The notes beneath the pieces are model-generated. The model made no database searches, had not been told where the DNA came from, and worked only from the letters and a program-made list of their open reading frames with translations. Positions 19,011 to 28,926 of a stretch of DNA of 52,458 nt are shown here, piece by piece; the stretch's first letter is position 1, and the number at the start of each line of letters is the position of its first letter. The DNA lies in NCBI GenBank assembly GCA_048939015.1, contig JBHLPW010000038.1:1-52458 (forward strand). The letters are read 5' to 3'. This DNA comes from Promethearchaeota archaeon (GTDB lineage: Archaea; Asgardarchaeota; Lokiarchaeia; Sigyniarchaeales; SOKP01). A program made the translations under genes and the position numbers.

Positions 19011-19895
19011 ATGACAATACATACAGAAAATTATTCTAAAGTTTTGAGAAAATATCCTTTCTCATTATTAGAAATGGATGGTTCATTGGAGATATGGCAG
19101 AAAATATATAGCCCTTACATAGATTCAATCGAGAATAAAATTAATGTCTCAAAAAATAATTCAATAAGCATATTTAGAAATCATAATTTTGCATTTGATA
19201 ATGAATTTCAGCAACGAATTGCTGATTTAATTATAAATAAAGATGCAGAACAGAGTTCTAATTCTGAAAAACAAAATGAAAAAACTAGAATCGAAGATCA
19301 ATATTCTGATGAAGTAGAAAAAGAAAATAGTAATCTAAAAATTACGTTCGTTTTTACAAATAATAAAATACAACCATTAAAATTAATTCAGATGCTAAAA
19401 TTAACTGGTGAAGTAGAGAAGTTCGCTCAATTACTGCATAAAAAAGAGTTTAAACAGTATTCTAAGATAATCCCTCAAATTATCTTTATATCCCTGTTTG
19501 GTTTTGACGCTCCAGTAGGAGACTATCTAAGAGATAATCTTCATGGAAAATTAAATAGAAATATATCAATCTTAGTTGTCCCGCCTATTGATAATAAATT
19601 ATGGAATAATTATTTTATAAAAAATTCAAAGGAAGGTAATAATGATTATAAAAAGCATAATTCGGGAATTAATTTCGAAGAGTATAATATTTTGAGAAAG
19701 AATGGAGCAGCTAGTCATTTACAAGTAAAAAAAATGGAGACTTACTATAAGGATTTAAAAAAAACTAAAGAGATTTCAGAACATAATTCTCAAGAGTTAA
19801 ATAATTGGGCACATCTCTTGAGTATTAATAATTCTCCTACACTATTGGATTTAGAAAAGTCAAAAAATAAAATTAAGGAATTATTGATTGAGTAA
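19011..19895 (+). CDS. Hypothetical protein
   Basis: 294-codon ORF with SD AGAGGT; no motif recognised. Confidence 0.65.
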   Translation: MTIHTENYSKVLRKYPFSLLEMDGSLEIWQKIYSPYIDSIENKINVSKNNSISIFRNHNFAFDNEFQQRIADLIINKDAEQSSNSEKQNEKTRIEDQYSDEVEKENSNLKITFVFTNNKIQPLKLIQMLKLTGEVEKFAQLLHKKEFKQYSKIIPQIIFISLFGFDAPVGDYLRDNLHGKLNRNISILVVPPIDNKLWNNYFIKNSKEGNNDYKKHNSGINFEEYNILRKNGAASHLQVKKMETYYKDLKKTKEISEHNSQELNNWAHLLSINNSPTLLDLEKSKNKIKELLIE

Positions 19896-20252
19896 TCTAA
19901 CGATAAAAGTTTAAAACAAGGGGAATGAAACTATTTGATTAAAATTTAATATTTCTTGTGAAAACCCTCAGTCATGCTATTGGTTTTTGATAAGACCTAC
20001 TATAAACCTGAACAAATCTTTAATTTATTACTGAAAAATGCTTTTGATAGTGTAAAGGCAATTCGATTTAAAGACCGGGATTCTTTAAATCTCAACTCTG
20101 CGTATAATGACGACTGTTGGATATTTAAAGGATATTGCTGCCAATCCGAGAATTGTAAACAACTTACTATTACTATTTAATGAAAATGGAACAATTTCTA
20201 AAAAAGGAAGAAAAAGGCAGTAATTGGCAAGAGAAAAATCCAAGTGTATTTA

Positions 20253-21173
20253 TTATGCAAGATTAAACAATTTTCTCGTTTTTTCTACTGTATCAGAATC
20301 AAATTTCTTAAATAAAGCATAAGCAGCAATTGGTACAACACATCCGCAATTGTCGCATAAAAGTGGTGAATTTCCCATGACACAAAACTTTTGTCTTCCG
20401 TCAGGAAAGAAACTTTTTACTTGACCGGTTTTAAATATACAATGTGGTACAAATTCTTTTGACATGTATACTTCTAACATTTTTTTTGAATAAAAAATAA
20501 AATTTCCATATTCACGCATTACTTTTAAAATATCTTTAATTGTCTTTTTTAATACATTTCCTTTTAACAAAAGTGGATCATTAGGATACCCTGTATATAA
20601 TAAAAAAACAAATCCAGAAGCACCATTATCGTGAGCAATCTTAACAATATCTTCAATTTCCTTATAATTTAATGCCATAATGGTTGATGTAACAACTGGA
20701 TTGCTTTCCCGAATATTTTGTATGACTTTTTCAAAAACATTCGCACCTCTTATCTTATCATGAGTTTCTTTAGTACCATCTATACTCACCCAGTATTTTG
20801 TTTGTTTATATCCTTTAAATCGAGGTAATTTTATAACTCCATTTGATACCACTTGAACTGATGGGAAAATTTTAAATGCTTCTTTTATAACATCCATTCT
20901 TAAAGTAGGTTCTCCACCAGTTAAAACAGCTATCTTTATTCCTATTTTTCTATGGTATTTAAAAATTTTAATCCAATCTTCGTTGGATAATTCTGCTCTT
21001 TTACTTTTTAATTCCGTTATTGACGAAAAAAAATAACAATGTTTACATTTTAAGTTACATTGCCAAGTTAAATCATAATTCACATATAATGGAACATTTC
21101 TTATAATTGACTGTAAAAATGATGGACCCATGGAAATAAGACTTATTACATTTTTTACTGAAACTAAGCCCAT
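20253..21173 (-). CDS. Radical SAM protein
   Basis: CNLKCKHC, LTGGEP, VSIDG..ETHDKIRG; extra C-terminal Cys cluster. Confidence 0.9.
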   Translation of the reverse strand: MGLVSVKNVISLISMGPSFLQSIIRNVPLYVNYDLTWQCNLKCKHCYFFSSITELKSKRAELSNEDWIKIFKYHRKIGIKIAVLTGGEPTLRMDVIKEAFKIFPSVQVVSNGVIKLPRFKGYKQTKYWVSIDGTKETHDKIRGANVFEKVIQNIRESNPVVTSTIMALNYKEIEDIVKIAHDNGASGFVFLLYTGYPNDPLLLKGNVLKKTIKDILKVMREYGNFIFYSKKMLEVYMSKEFVPHCIFKTGQVKSFFPDGRQKFCVMGNSPLLCDNCGCVVPIAAYALFKKFDSDTVEKTRKLFNLA

Positions 21174-21326
21174 AATTAATAATAGATTCGATGTTTTAAA
21201 AATAAGTACTATCTATATAAATTCTAAGTTGATTCATTACAAAAAGTTAACGATTTTGGAAATAAACACTGCATAACCCTAGAATAAAAAAAAGAAAAAA
21301 AAATTCAAAGATCTAAGAATAAGTTC

Positions 21327-23231
21327 TTATATACCTAATTTTTTTCGATTTGCTTCAATGTGAGTCATCATTGCATCAACTGCTTCTTTAGTGTCTGTTT
21401 CTACATGTAATACACCACCAGTTAAATCCCTACAATCTTTTGTTAAAAGGTTCACTAAGTCAGTGCCACCAGTAACGGTAGGTATTGGATTGACGTAAGT
21501 ATAAAGTCCAAAGGCTAGAGCGAAGATTGCATCTATAGTCGCTTTCTGCTCCATGTATTCTGGAGCTACGGCTACTACTGGTAAATCTGGAATTGGTACG
21601 CCACCAAGTGCAGCAGAGATAGACCCTACTAAGTCTGCGACTCTACCAGTATCAGTACAAGTCCCATAGCTAAGCACTGGGGGAATTCCTAATTTTTCAC
21701 AAACCACTTTTAGACCTGGACCTGCCATTTCTTTCGCTTCTGGTATACATAATCCTCCAACTTGTAATGCTCCATTACCACATCCCATTGACAATACTAA
21801 AACATCTCTTTTAATTAATTCTTTAGCCACTTCAATAACATGTACATCTTGTCCATAATCTCTCAGTGTAGTACAAGAAACTAAACCCGCTACTCCTCGT
21901 AAAGTACCATCTTTAATTAAATCAAGTAATGGTTCTAAAGTTCCTCCCAGGGCGGCAAGAATACTTTCACTTGAAAATCCCACTACTGCTTCATTCATAT
22001 CCAAATCAGTAATAGGTTTAACATTTGCTCTGCGTTCTTTGAAATTATCAATTGCCATTTGTAGTAATTTAGCTGCTTGAGACTCAGCTTCATCTGGTTT
22101 ATAATCTACTCTTTCAGTTATACCTTCAAAAGCTACAACTTCAGAAACTGGAACCAATTTAAATTTATATTTCTCAGCATAAAGAGGATCAATTGGCATA
22201 CAACAATTCATATCACAGATAAACGCATCGATGCAACCACTTGCCAAAATAGCTTCCTGCATTATCCAATTTCCGGTAAATCCATAAAAAACATCATCCA
22301 TTTCCCATCTTTGGATCATTTCTTGTCCAGTCTCAATATTAGCTATTACTCTTAGCCCTTTTGCTCCGACTGCTCTCGCTTTTTCTTGCCATTCAGATTT
22401 TCTAGCAAGTTGGACCATTGCAAATCCTAAGAATGGTTCATGCCCATTTGGAAGTATATTTACATAATCTGGGTCTAATACACCTAAATTAACCCTCATT
22501 TTATGGGGTCTAGGAACATTAAATAAAATATCCTGGGTGAATTCATTAACAATTTGACTTTGATAAGCCATTGCTATCCCGAGTCTCATTGCTTTAAGTG
22601 CTAAACTTGCATAATATCCATCTACGTTTGTTAAACAAGAACTAGTTGAAAACATCATTTCACCATATAATCCACCTGGAAAAATACCCAATTTTCTCCA
22701 AATTTCCTGTCTTTCAGGAGGTGCGAGTCTTTCAACAATTTTACTTTGCTCATCAAAAGGTGTGTTAAAGTCATCCTTCACAAAATAATATAAGTTGAGT
22801 GCAATATTTTTATCTGAACCAGAAGTATCTAACCCAAGACGCTCAGCAAAGCTTTTTAATTTCTCAGGTTCAGCAATTTTAAATGGTGTTTTTCCTTCTA
22901 CTGTAGCTTTTAATGTTTTTAAAGTTGTTTCTGTATGATAATGATAGGTAGACGCTCCCATAACATTCCTCAGAAGCATCATCCGCATTGCCATTCCATC
23001 TGCTGTAATTCCACATACACCACGTTTATCTATTGACGAATCAGCCCTACAAGGACCATTAGAACACAAATCACAACGTGCACCTTTTAAGCAAAATGGA
23101 CATCGTTTATCAGGGTCACCTCCAAATCCTTGTGCTACAAAACGATCCCAGATGTTATTCATGCCATCTTTTTTAAGTCTTTCATATACTTTTTGAACTG
23201 ATTTATGATAAGAAATCCTTTTGTTTTCCAT
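21327..23231 (-). CDS. cooS: CooS-family (CODH/prismane superfamily) protein, divergent CooS-V/clade-D-like
   Basis: CPFC...CDLCSNGPC...RGVCG (D/B clusters). C-cluster region NGHEP, DMNC, VSCTT, MGC, GTCTD and QKA. NIETG replaces the canonical ICCTG. Confidence 0.88.
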   Translation of the reverse strand: MENKRISYHKSVQKVYERLKKDGMNNIWDRFVAQGFGGDPDKRCPFCLKGARCDLCSNGPCRADSSIDKRGVCGITADGMAMRMMLLRNVMGASTYHYHTETTLKTLKATVEGKTPFKIAEPEKLKSFAERLGLDTSGSDKNIALNLYYFVKDDFNTPFDEQSKIVERLAPPERQEIWRKLGIFPGGLYGEMMFSTSSCLTNVDGYYASLALKAMRLGIAMAYQSQIVNEFTQDILFNVPRPHKMRVNLGVLDPDYVNILPNGHEPFLGFAMVQLARKSEWQEKARAVGAKGLRVIANIETGQEMIQRWEMDDVFYGFTGNWIMQEAILASGCIDAFICDMNCCMPIDPLYAEKYKFKLVPVSEVVAFEGITERVDYKPDEAESQAAKLLQMAIDNFKERRANVKPITDLDMNEAVVGFSSESILAALGGTLEPLLDLIKDGTLRGVAGLVSCTTLRDYGQDVHVIEVAKELIKRDVLVLSMGCGNGALQVGGLCIPEAKEMAGPGLKVVCEKLGIPPVLSYGTCTDTGRVADLVGSISAALGGVPIPDLPVVAVAPEYMEQKATIDAIFALAFGLYTYVNPIPTVTGGTDLVNLLTKDCRDLTGGVLHVETDTKEAVDAMMTHIEANRKKLGI

Positions 23232-23288
23232 AAATTACCACTTTTTTCAATTTTTATAAAATTGTCGTAATTAAAAAATAAGTAAATT

Positions 23289-23321
23289 TGATTTAAGTTT
23301 ATTTTAGAACATGTTCATTTA
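23289..23321 (-). promoter_or_regulatory. Second copy of operator GAACATGTTC (23307-23316) 10 nt upstream of a TATA-like box (TTAAATCA)
   Basis: Minus strand reads TAAATGAACATGTTC-taaaataaac-TTAAATCA; lies in the divergent cooS/NROR intergenic region. Confidence 0.7.
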
Positions 23322-23387
23322 GTTGATGTTTCTAGATTGTATTCTATAATAAAAACTTTAAAATAAGATGTTAAAACTAGTTATTCT

Positions 23388-24743
23388 ATGAAAGTAGTAA
23401 TAATAGGGAACAATGTTTCTGGGACTTTTACAGCCCAAAATTTAAGATCTCTTAATGATGAAATTGAAATAGTTATTTACACTCAAGAAGAATATCCTTA
23501 TTATACAAGAATCAATTTACCGGAGTTAATTTCAGAAAAAAAAACTATTGATGATTTAATCGTTTTTAACGATGATTGGTACAAAAATAAGAGATTAAAT
23601 CTTTTTCTTCGCAAGAGAATTAATAAAATTAATCCAAACAATAAAACAATTCAAATTGATGGAGATAAAGAACTAATTCACTATGATAAACTTATCTTAG
23701 CTCTTGGAAGTACTCCTAATATTCCTCCGATTAAAAATGCTGTTGAGATGGAAGGTAAAAAACAAGGATTATTTACATTAAGAAGTATTGATGATGCTTT
23801 AGACATAAAGAATTTTATTAAAAGTAAAAATTCTAAGAAAGCAATTATAATTGGTGGAGGTTTACTTGGATTAGAATTAGCAAATCAAATAAATGAAAGT
23901 AATTTAAATACAACCGTAGTAGAATTCTTTCCCCGTTTATTACCAAGACAACTTGATGAGGAATGTGCTAGTATGTTAAAAGAGGAAATCGAAAATCGAG
24001 GAATTCAAGTTATCTTAGATGCTGTTACAGAAGAAATTCAAGGTAATGGTATAATTACCGGAATTAAATTAAAAGATGGGCGTATATTAGATACGGATAT
24101 AGTTTTAATTCAAGCAGGAATTAAACCAACCATAGATTTGGCTAAGGAAACAACTATACAAACAAATAGAGGAATAATAGTGAATGAATTTTTAGAAACC
24201 AGTGAAAAAGATATATATGCTGTTGGAGATTGTATAGAATACAAAAACCAAATATGGGGTATTATTCCAGCATGCATGGAACAATCAAAAATAGTTGCTG
24301 CTTCAGTGCTTGGGTTAAAAAAAGTAGATTATAAAGGTACAACTCCAAAGAATACTCTTAAAATAGTTGGATTAGAATTAACTTCAATAGGAATCATCGA
24401 TCCTTCTAAAGAAGAAGGTGGTGCTTGGGACATCCTAAAAAAAGCCGATAAAAAGGATTGTTGTTACCAAAAGTTAGTGCTAAAAGGAAATAAATTAAAA
24501 GGTGCCATTTTATTCGGTGAAAATAAAGCTATGTCTTATGTTTATAACAAGATGGAGGAAGATGTTGACAGAGATGAGCTAAAAAAATTATTAGAATTAT
24601 ATTCTTATGTATGTAATAATTGTGGATCAGAATATGATGAAGCTAAAATGGGGGTACTTTTTAAAGATTTGCCTCCTGATTGGAAATGTCCAAATTGTAA
24701 TGGTTCTAAACAAGATTTTACAAAAAAAAAAGATAAAACTTAA
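23388..24743 (+). CDS. NAD(P)H:rubredoxin oxidoreductase-like flavoprotein with fused C-terminal rubredoxin
   Basis: IIGGGLLGLE, TS..DIYAVGDC; C-terminal YVCNNCG..YD...FKDLPPDWKCPNC. Confidence 0.9.
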   Translation: MKVVIIGNNVSGTFTAQNLRSLNDEIEIVIYTQEEYPYYTRINLPELISEKKTIDDLIVFNDDWYKNKRLNLFLRKRINKINPNNKTIQIDGDKELIHYDKLILALGSTPNIPPIKNAVEMEGKKQGLFTLRSIDDALDIKNFIKSKNSKKAIIIGGGLLGLELANQINESNLNTTVVEFFPRLLPRQLDEECASMLKEEIENRGIQVILDAVTEEIQGNGIITGIKLKDGRILDTDIVLIQAGIKPTIDLAKETTIQTNRGIIVNEFLETSEKDIYAVGDCIEYKNQIWGIIPACMEQSKIVAASVLGLKKVDYKGTTPKNTLKIVGLELTSIGIIDPSKEEGGAWDILKKADKKDCCYQKLVLKGNKLKGAILFGENKAMSYVYNKMEEDVDRDELKKLLELYSYVCNNCGSEYDEAKMGVLFKDLPPDWKCPNCNGSKQDFTKKKDKT

Positions 24744-24769
24744 ATATATATAAAAAGAGGTGGTAAATA

Positions 24770-24916
24770 ATTTCTATCTATCGATGTACAAGATGTAATT
24801 ATATTTACGATAATAATGAAAAAAAGATTCCCTTCGAAGATTTAAAGGAAGGAGAATTCAAATGTCCTAAATGTCGTTCTTCAAAAAAATTCTTTGTTAA
24901 GAAAGAACCTCTCTAA
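24770..24916 (+). CDS. Short, basic rubredoxin with non-canonical start (ATT, or ATA at 24767)
   Basis: (M)SIYRCTRCNYIYDNNEKKIPFEDLKEGEFKCPKCRSSKKFFVKKEPL. SD GAGGTGG at 24757-24763. In-frame TAA at 24764-24766 excludes any upstream ATG/GTG/TTG. Confidence 0.8.
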   Translation: MSIYRCTRCNYIYDNNEKKIPFEDLKEGEFKCPKCRSSKKFFVKKEPL

Positions 24917-25083
24917 AAACCTAAGATTTTTCCTTATTTTAATTATATTATTTTAATTTTATTATTATCGCTCATAGAATGGGTTTATATTTATAAATTA
25001 TTAAATTAATATTTTTTATATACAAACAACTACAAATCATAAAATCAAATAGACCAGCATAAAATTAAGAATAAGTGGTAAAA

Positions 25084-25221
25084 ATGGGAAAATGGGAATG
25101 TCAGGCATGTGGATATGTTTATGACGAAGAAGCTGAAGGTACTAAATTTGAAGATTTACCAGATGATTGGACTTGCCCTGTTTGTGGTGTTGGGAAAGAT
25201 ATGTTCGAAAAAATTGAATAA
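25084..25221 (+). CDS. Rubredoxin (short-chain, acidic)
   Basis: [45 protein letters not shown]; canonical CxxCG..YD...LPDDW.CPxCG. Below the ORF-track cutoff. Confidence 0.95.
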   Translation: MGKWECQACGYVYDEEAEGTKFEDLPDDWTCPVCGVGKDMFEKIE

Positions 25222-25367
25222 TTAATAATAATTTACTTCTTTCTAATTTTTTTTTATTGATTAGTTTCATTGAAATTTTATAATAAATAGCATATAAGTT
25301 TTTAATTTGATTTATATTACTATTAAAAAATAAGTTACAAATCCTAGTTAATGAAGGTGAAATTGAA

Positions 25368-26573
25368 ATTACTCATTTAGAATTAATGAAAGATATCTAC
25401 TATGTTGGTTATGTAGATTGGGAAGTACGGAATTTTCATGGATATTCTACTAACCGAGGGAGTAGTTATAATTCATATATAATTAAAGGAGAAAAAACTG
25501 TATTAATTGATACGGTCAAACGTCCTTATTTTGAATATTTTTTGGAGAATATCAAATATGTCTGTGATCCATCAGAGATCGATTATTTTATTACAAATCA
25601 TGTTGAGATGGATCATTCCGGTTCATTTCCCCTAATTCTAAAGCATCTTCCTAATGCTGAATTAATTGCTTCAAAGAGAGGAGTCGAAATTTTAAAAGCT
25701 CACTTTCATGAGGAAGTTGATGAAGAAATATTCAATAAAATTAAAGCAGTAGAGGAAGGAGATACTTTAGATATTGGAAACGGCAGAAAGTTTACATTTG
25801 TGCCAATTCCAATGATACATTGGCCCGATTCTATGGTTTCTTTTATGACTGATGAGAGTGGGAAAAACGTATTATTTTCTAATGATGCTTTTGGGCAACA
25901 TTTTGCAGCATCTAAGCGTTGGGATGATGAAAATGATCTTGCTGAAGTATTTCAAGAAGCAGAGAAATATTATGCGAATATCTTACTTCATCTTTCAATG
26001 TTGATTGCAAAAGCTATACCGAAGGTTGGAGCATTACCAATCGAGATTATATGTCCTTCTCATGGAATCTGTTGGAGAAAACATATTCCCGAAATTTTAG
26101 AAAGATATACTAAATGGAGTAAAGGGGAAATTGATGGAAAAAGTGTCCTCATAGTATATGATACAATGTGGGAAAGTACTGCTAAAATTGCTAAAGCTTT
26201 AACTAATGAGATTAAACATCGAGGAATTCCAGTAAAAAGATACAGATTAACTAGCGCAGATTATTCAGATGTAATTACAGAAGCTATGAAAGCAAAAGCA
26301 ATATTAGTAGGAAGCCCTACTCTAAATAATGGATTATATCCAACTGTAGCAGAATATTTATCTTATCAAAAGGGATTAAAACCTATGAATAAAGTAGGAT
26401 TAGCTTTTGGCTCATTTGGATGGGGTGGAGGAGCAGTAAAAGAAATAGTGGAAATGATGAAAGCTGCTAAAATTGATGTAATGGAAGATACAATAGAAAT
26501 TAAGTTTGTTCCAAGACCAGATGATTTAGATTTTAAAGAAATTGTAGATAAATTAATAGAAAAAATGGGTTAA
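25368..26573 (+). CDS. fprA: Flavodiiron protein (FprA, O2/NO reductase)
   Basis: [33 protein letters not shown], flavodoxin YDTMWEST and FGSFGWGG. The track starts at ATG 25386, but SD AAGGTGA (25354-25360) points to ATT 25368. Confidence 0.92.
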   Translation: MTHLELMKDIYYVGYVDWEVRNFHGYSTNRGSSYNSYIIKGEKTVLIDTVKRPYFEYFLENIKYVCDPSEIDYFITNHVEMDHSGSFPLILKHLPNAELIASKRGVEILKAHFHEEVDEEIFNKIKAVEEGDTLDIGNGRKFTFVPIPMIHWPDSMVSFMTDESGKNVLFSNDAFGQHFAASKRWDDENDLAEVFQEAEKYYANILLHLSMLIAKAIPKVGALPIEIICPSHGICWRKHIPEILERYTKWSKGEIDGKSVLIVYDTMWESTAKIAKALTNEIKHRGIPVKRYRLTSADYSDVITEAMKAKAILVGSPTLNNGLYPTVAEYLSYQKGLKPMNKVGLAFGSFGWGGGAVKEIVEMMKAAKIDVMEDTIEIKFVPRPDDLDFKEIVDKLIEKMG

Positions 26574-26587
26574 AAGAGGTAAAAACA

Positions 26588-27766
26588 ATGGATTTTATAC
26601 TAACTGAGGAACAAAAAGTTTTACAAAAAAAAGCAAGAGAGTTTGCTATTAATGAAGTCTTACCAGTTGCAAGAAAATATGATGAATCAGAAGAATTTCC
26701 CTTACCAGTTATCAAAAAAGCTTGGGAAGAAGGATTGTTAAACTTAGGAATCCCTAAGAAATATGGAGGTCCAGGGTTTGGTTTATTAAGTTCCTGTCTC
26801 GTTGTTGAGGAAATATCGTCTGCATGCCCTGGAATTGCAACTTCAATCTTTGATAATAATCTTGGTGCTGAACCAATTGTTATTGGTGGTAACGAAGAAC
26901 AAAAGCAAAGAATTTTGGGTGAATTAATTAATGAATTCAAATTAATTGCATTTGCTACTTCTGAACCAACGATGGGTTCTGACGTCGCTGGAATGAAATG
27001 TAGAGCAGAAAAAGATGGAGATGAATATATTTTAAATGGAAATAAATTTTGGATCACTAATGGTGGATATGCTGATTATATTACCATTTTTGCTACGGTA
27101 GATCCCGAACAAAAGCATAGAGGGATCGCAGCATTTATTGTAGATACAAAAAGTGAAGGAGTTAAATTAGGCAAACATATCCCTAAATTAGGTCAAAGAT
27201 CATCAAATACAGTTTCAGTTGGTTTAAAAGATGTGAGGATACCTAAAGAAAATGTTCTTGCTAAACCTGGAAGGGGATTTGTTTTAGCTATGCAAACATT
27301 TGCTCACACTCGTCCTGCTATTGGGGCATTTGCAATTGGATGTGCTCGTTCTGCGATGGAATATTCAATTGATTACGCTCAAAAAAGAGAAGCTTTTGGA
27401 AGACCAATTGGGAATTATCAAGTAATTCAGGAAAAAATAGCCAATATGTATAAGGATATTGAGGCTGCACGTTTACTAACATATAAAGCCGCATGGGAAG
27501 CAGATCAAGGCATGGATAATAATTTAAGTTCATCTATTGCTAAAGCTTTTGCCTCAGATGTTGCTATGAATGTAACAACAGAAGCGATTCAAATTTTTGG
27601 TGGTTACGGTTATTTAAGAACATATCCTGTTGAAAAATTATTTAGAGATGCAAAACTTTACCAAATTTATGAAGGGACGAGTGAGATCCAAAGAATTGTC
27701 ATTTCACGGTTTGTTACAAAAAAGTATGAACATGCAATGCCTTTTCTTGGAAAAAAGAGAAACTAA
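26588..27766 (+). CDS. Acyl-CoA dehydrogenase
   Basis: [44 protein letters not shown]. Confidence 0.95.
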   Translation: MDFILTEEQKVLQKKAREFAINEVLPVARKYDESEEFPLPVIKKAWEEGLLNLGIPKKYGGPGFGLLSSCLVVEEISSACPGIATSIFDNNLGAEPIVIGGNEEQKQRILGELINEFKLIAFATSEPTMGSDVAGMKCRAEKDGDEYILNGNKFWITNGGYADYITIFATVDPEQKHRGIAAFIVDTKSEGVKLGKHIPKLGQRSSNTVSVGLKDVRIPKENVLAKPGRGFVLAMQTFAHTRPAIGAFAIGCARSAMEYSIDYAQKREAFGRPIGNYQVIQEKIANMYKDIEAARLLTYKAAWEADQGMDNNLSSSIAKAFASDVAMNVTTEAIQIFGGYGYLRTYPVEKLFRDAKLYQIYEGTSEIQRIVISRFVTKKYEHAMPFLGKKRN

Positions 27767-27788
27767 TTAAATTCCAAAAAAATTCTTT

Positions 27789-28283
27789 TTATTCTTTATT
27801 TTTCAGCTCATTTTGCTTTTTCAACTTTTTTCTTCTAAGAAAATCATAGTATATTTTATAATATTTACGTTGGCATAAATTATTACAAAATACCTTGAAA
27901 TTGGGATCTAGCCACAGATTTTTTATTTCATATATCTTTAGATAGTTATGAAATTTACTAAATTTGTAAATATCTATTGGAGTTTCACAGAATAAACATT
28001 TTCTTTCACTTAATTCTCTCTCAATACTCTTTAATTCGTGAATTTTAAGATATCTAAAGCATTCACAACAATGAAATTCTAAAATGGGAGTCTGCCATAA
28101 TTTTAAAATATATACAGGAGTAAAATTTACATTATCACTTAAAAAATCATAAATATTCAGTTCTTTACCACAATTCCAACATGTTCTTTTCTTGAAGTAT
28201 TGTTCTGCTTTAATGAGTTCTCTTAATTTTTGAATTTTATCCCACATACCAGCGTTATTTAATTTTTTGAAGAACAAAGACAT
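27789..28283 (-). CDS. Hypothetical protein with two tandem Cys4 Zn-finger-like repeats
   Basis: RTCWNCGKELNIYDF...LW...FHCCEC and RKCLFCETPIDIYKF...LW...VFCNNLC. Confidence 0.7.
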   Translation of the reverse strand: MSLFFKKLNNAGMWDKIQKLRELIKAEQYFKKRTCWNCGKELNIYDFLSDNVNFTPVYILKLWQTPILEFHCCECFRYLKIHELKSIERELSERKCLFCETPIDIYKFSKFHNYLKIYEIKNLWLDPNFKVFCNNLCQRKYYKIYYDFLRRKKLKKQNELKNKE

Positions 28284-28365
28284 TTTTCAAATATATTCTT
28301 ATTTCTAATATAATAGATTATTAGTTTTTTATACTTTTATACTAATCGCTTATAAGAAGTAAGAT

Positions 28366-28914
28366 TTATGGAAATTCTAAGATATCTTTGACTGCTTCTA
28401 AGAAATTCTCCCGGATGATTGTTGGTTTTATTCCAAGGAACTTTAGATCATCTAAATGTTCAAATCCATGTCCTGTTGTGAGAAAAATTGTTCTACAACC
28501 TGCATTTATTCCAAATTGGATATCCGAAGGATGATCACCAATCATCCAAGATTTATTAATATCAATATAAAATTCTTTAATGATTTCATCAATGAATTTT
28601 GTTTTAGGCTTCCTGCATTCACAATTATCTTCCTTTACATGGGGACAGAAAAAAGTTTTAACAATCTCAATATTTTGTTCTTTTAAAACATTTATTAAAT
28701 GATTGTTGAAATTTTGAAAATCTTGTATGGAATAATAACCTCTACCTATTCCAGATTGATTTGTTACAATAAAAAACAGATAATCTTTCTGAAGTAATTT
28801 TAAACCTTCAACTACTCCATCTAATAATTCAAAGTCTTCTACTTTATAAGTATAATTTTTATCTTCAATCAATGTGCCATCTCTATCCAATATAACTGCT
28901 TTCTTCTTGTCCAT
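28366..28914 (-). CDS. gmhB: GmhB/histidinol-phosphatase-family HAD phosphatase
   Basis: LDRDGTL, VTNQSGIGRG, CPH...CECRKP, WMIGD..SD. Confidence 0.8.
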   Translation of the reverse strand: MDKKKAVILDRDGTLIEDKNYTYKVEDFELLDGVVEGLKLLQKDYLFFIVTNQSGIGRGYYSIQDFQNFNNHLINVLKEQNIEIVKTFFCPHVKEDNCECRKPKTKFIDEIIKEFYIDINKSWMIGDHPSDIQFGINAGCRTIFLTTGHGFEHLDDLKFLGIKPTIIRENFLEAVKDILEFP

Positions 28915-28926
28915 TTAGTCTCCCTA

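Noticed and set aside
19974-20180. 68-aa ORF
   Set aside because: No SD or family motif; may be a gene remnant but cannot be supported.
28177-28186. CAACATGTTC, near match to the operator
   Set aside because: Inside a coding region, one mismatch, lacks the flanking ATTTA and TATA spacing.
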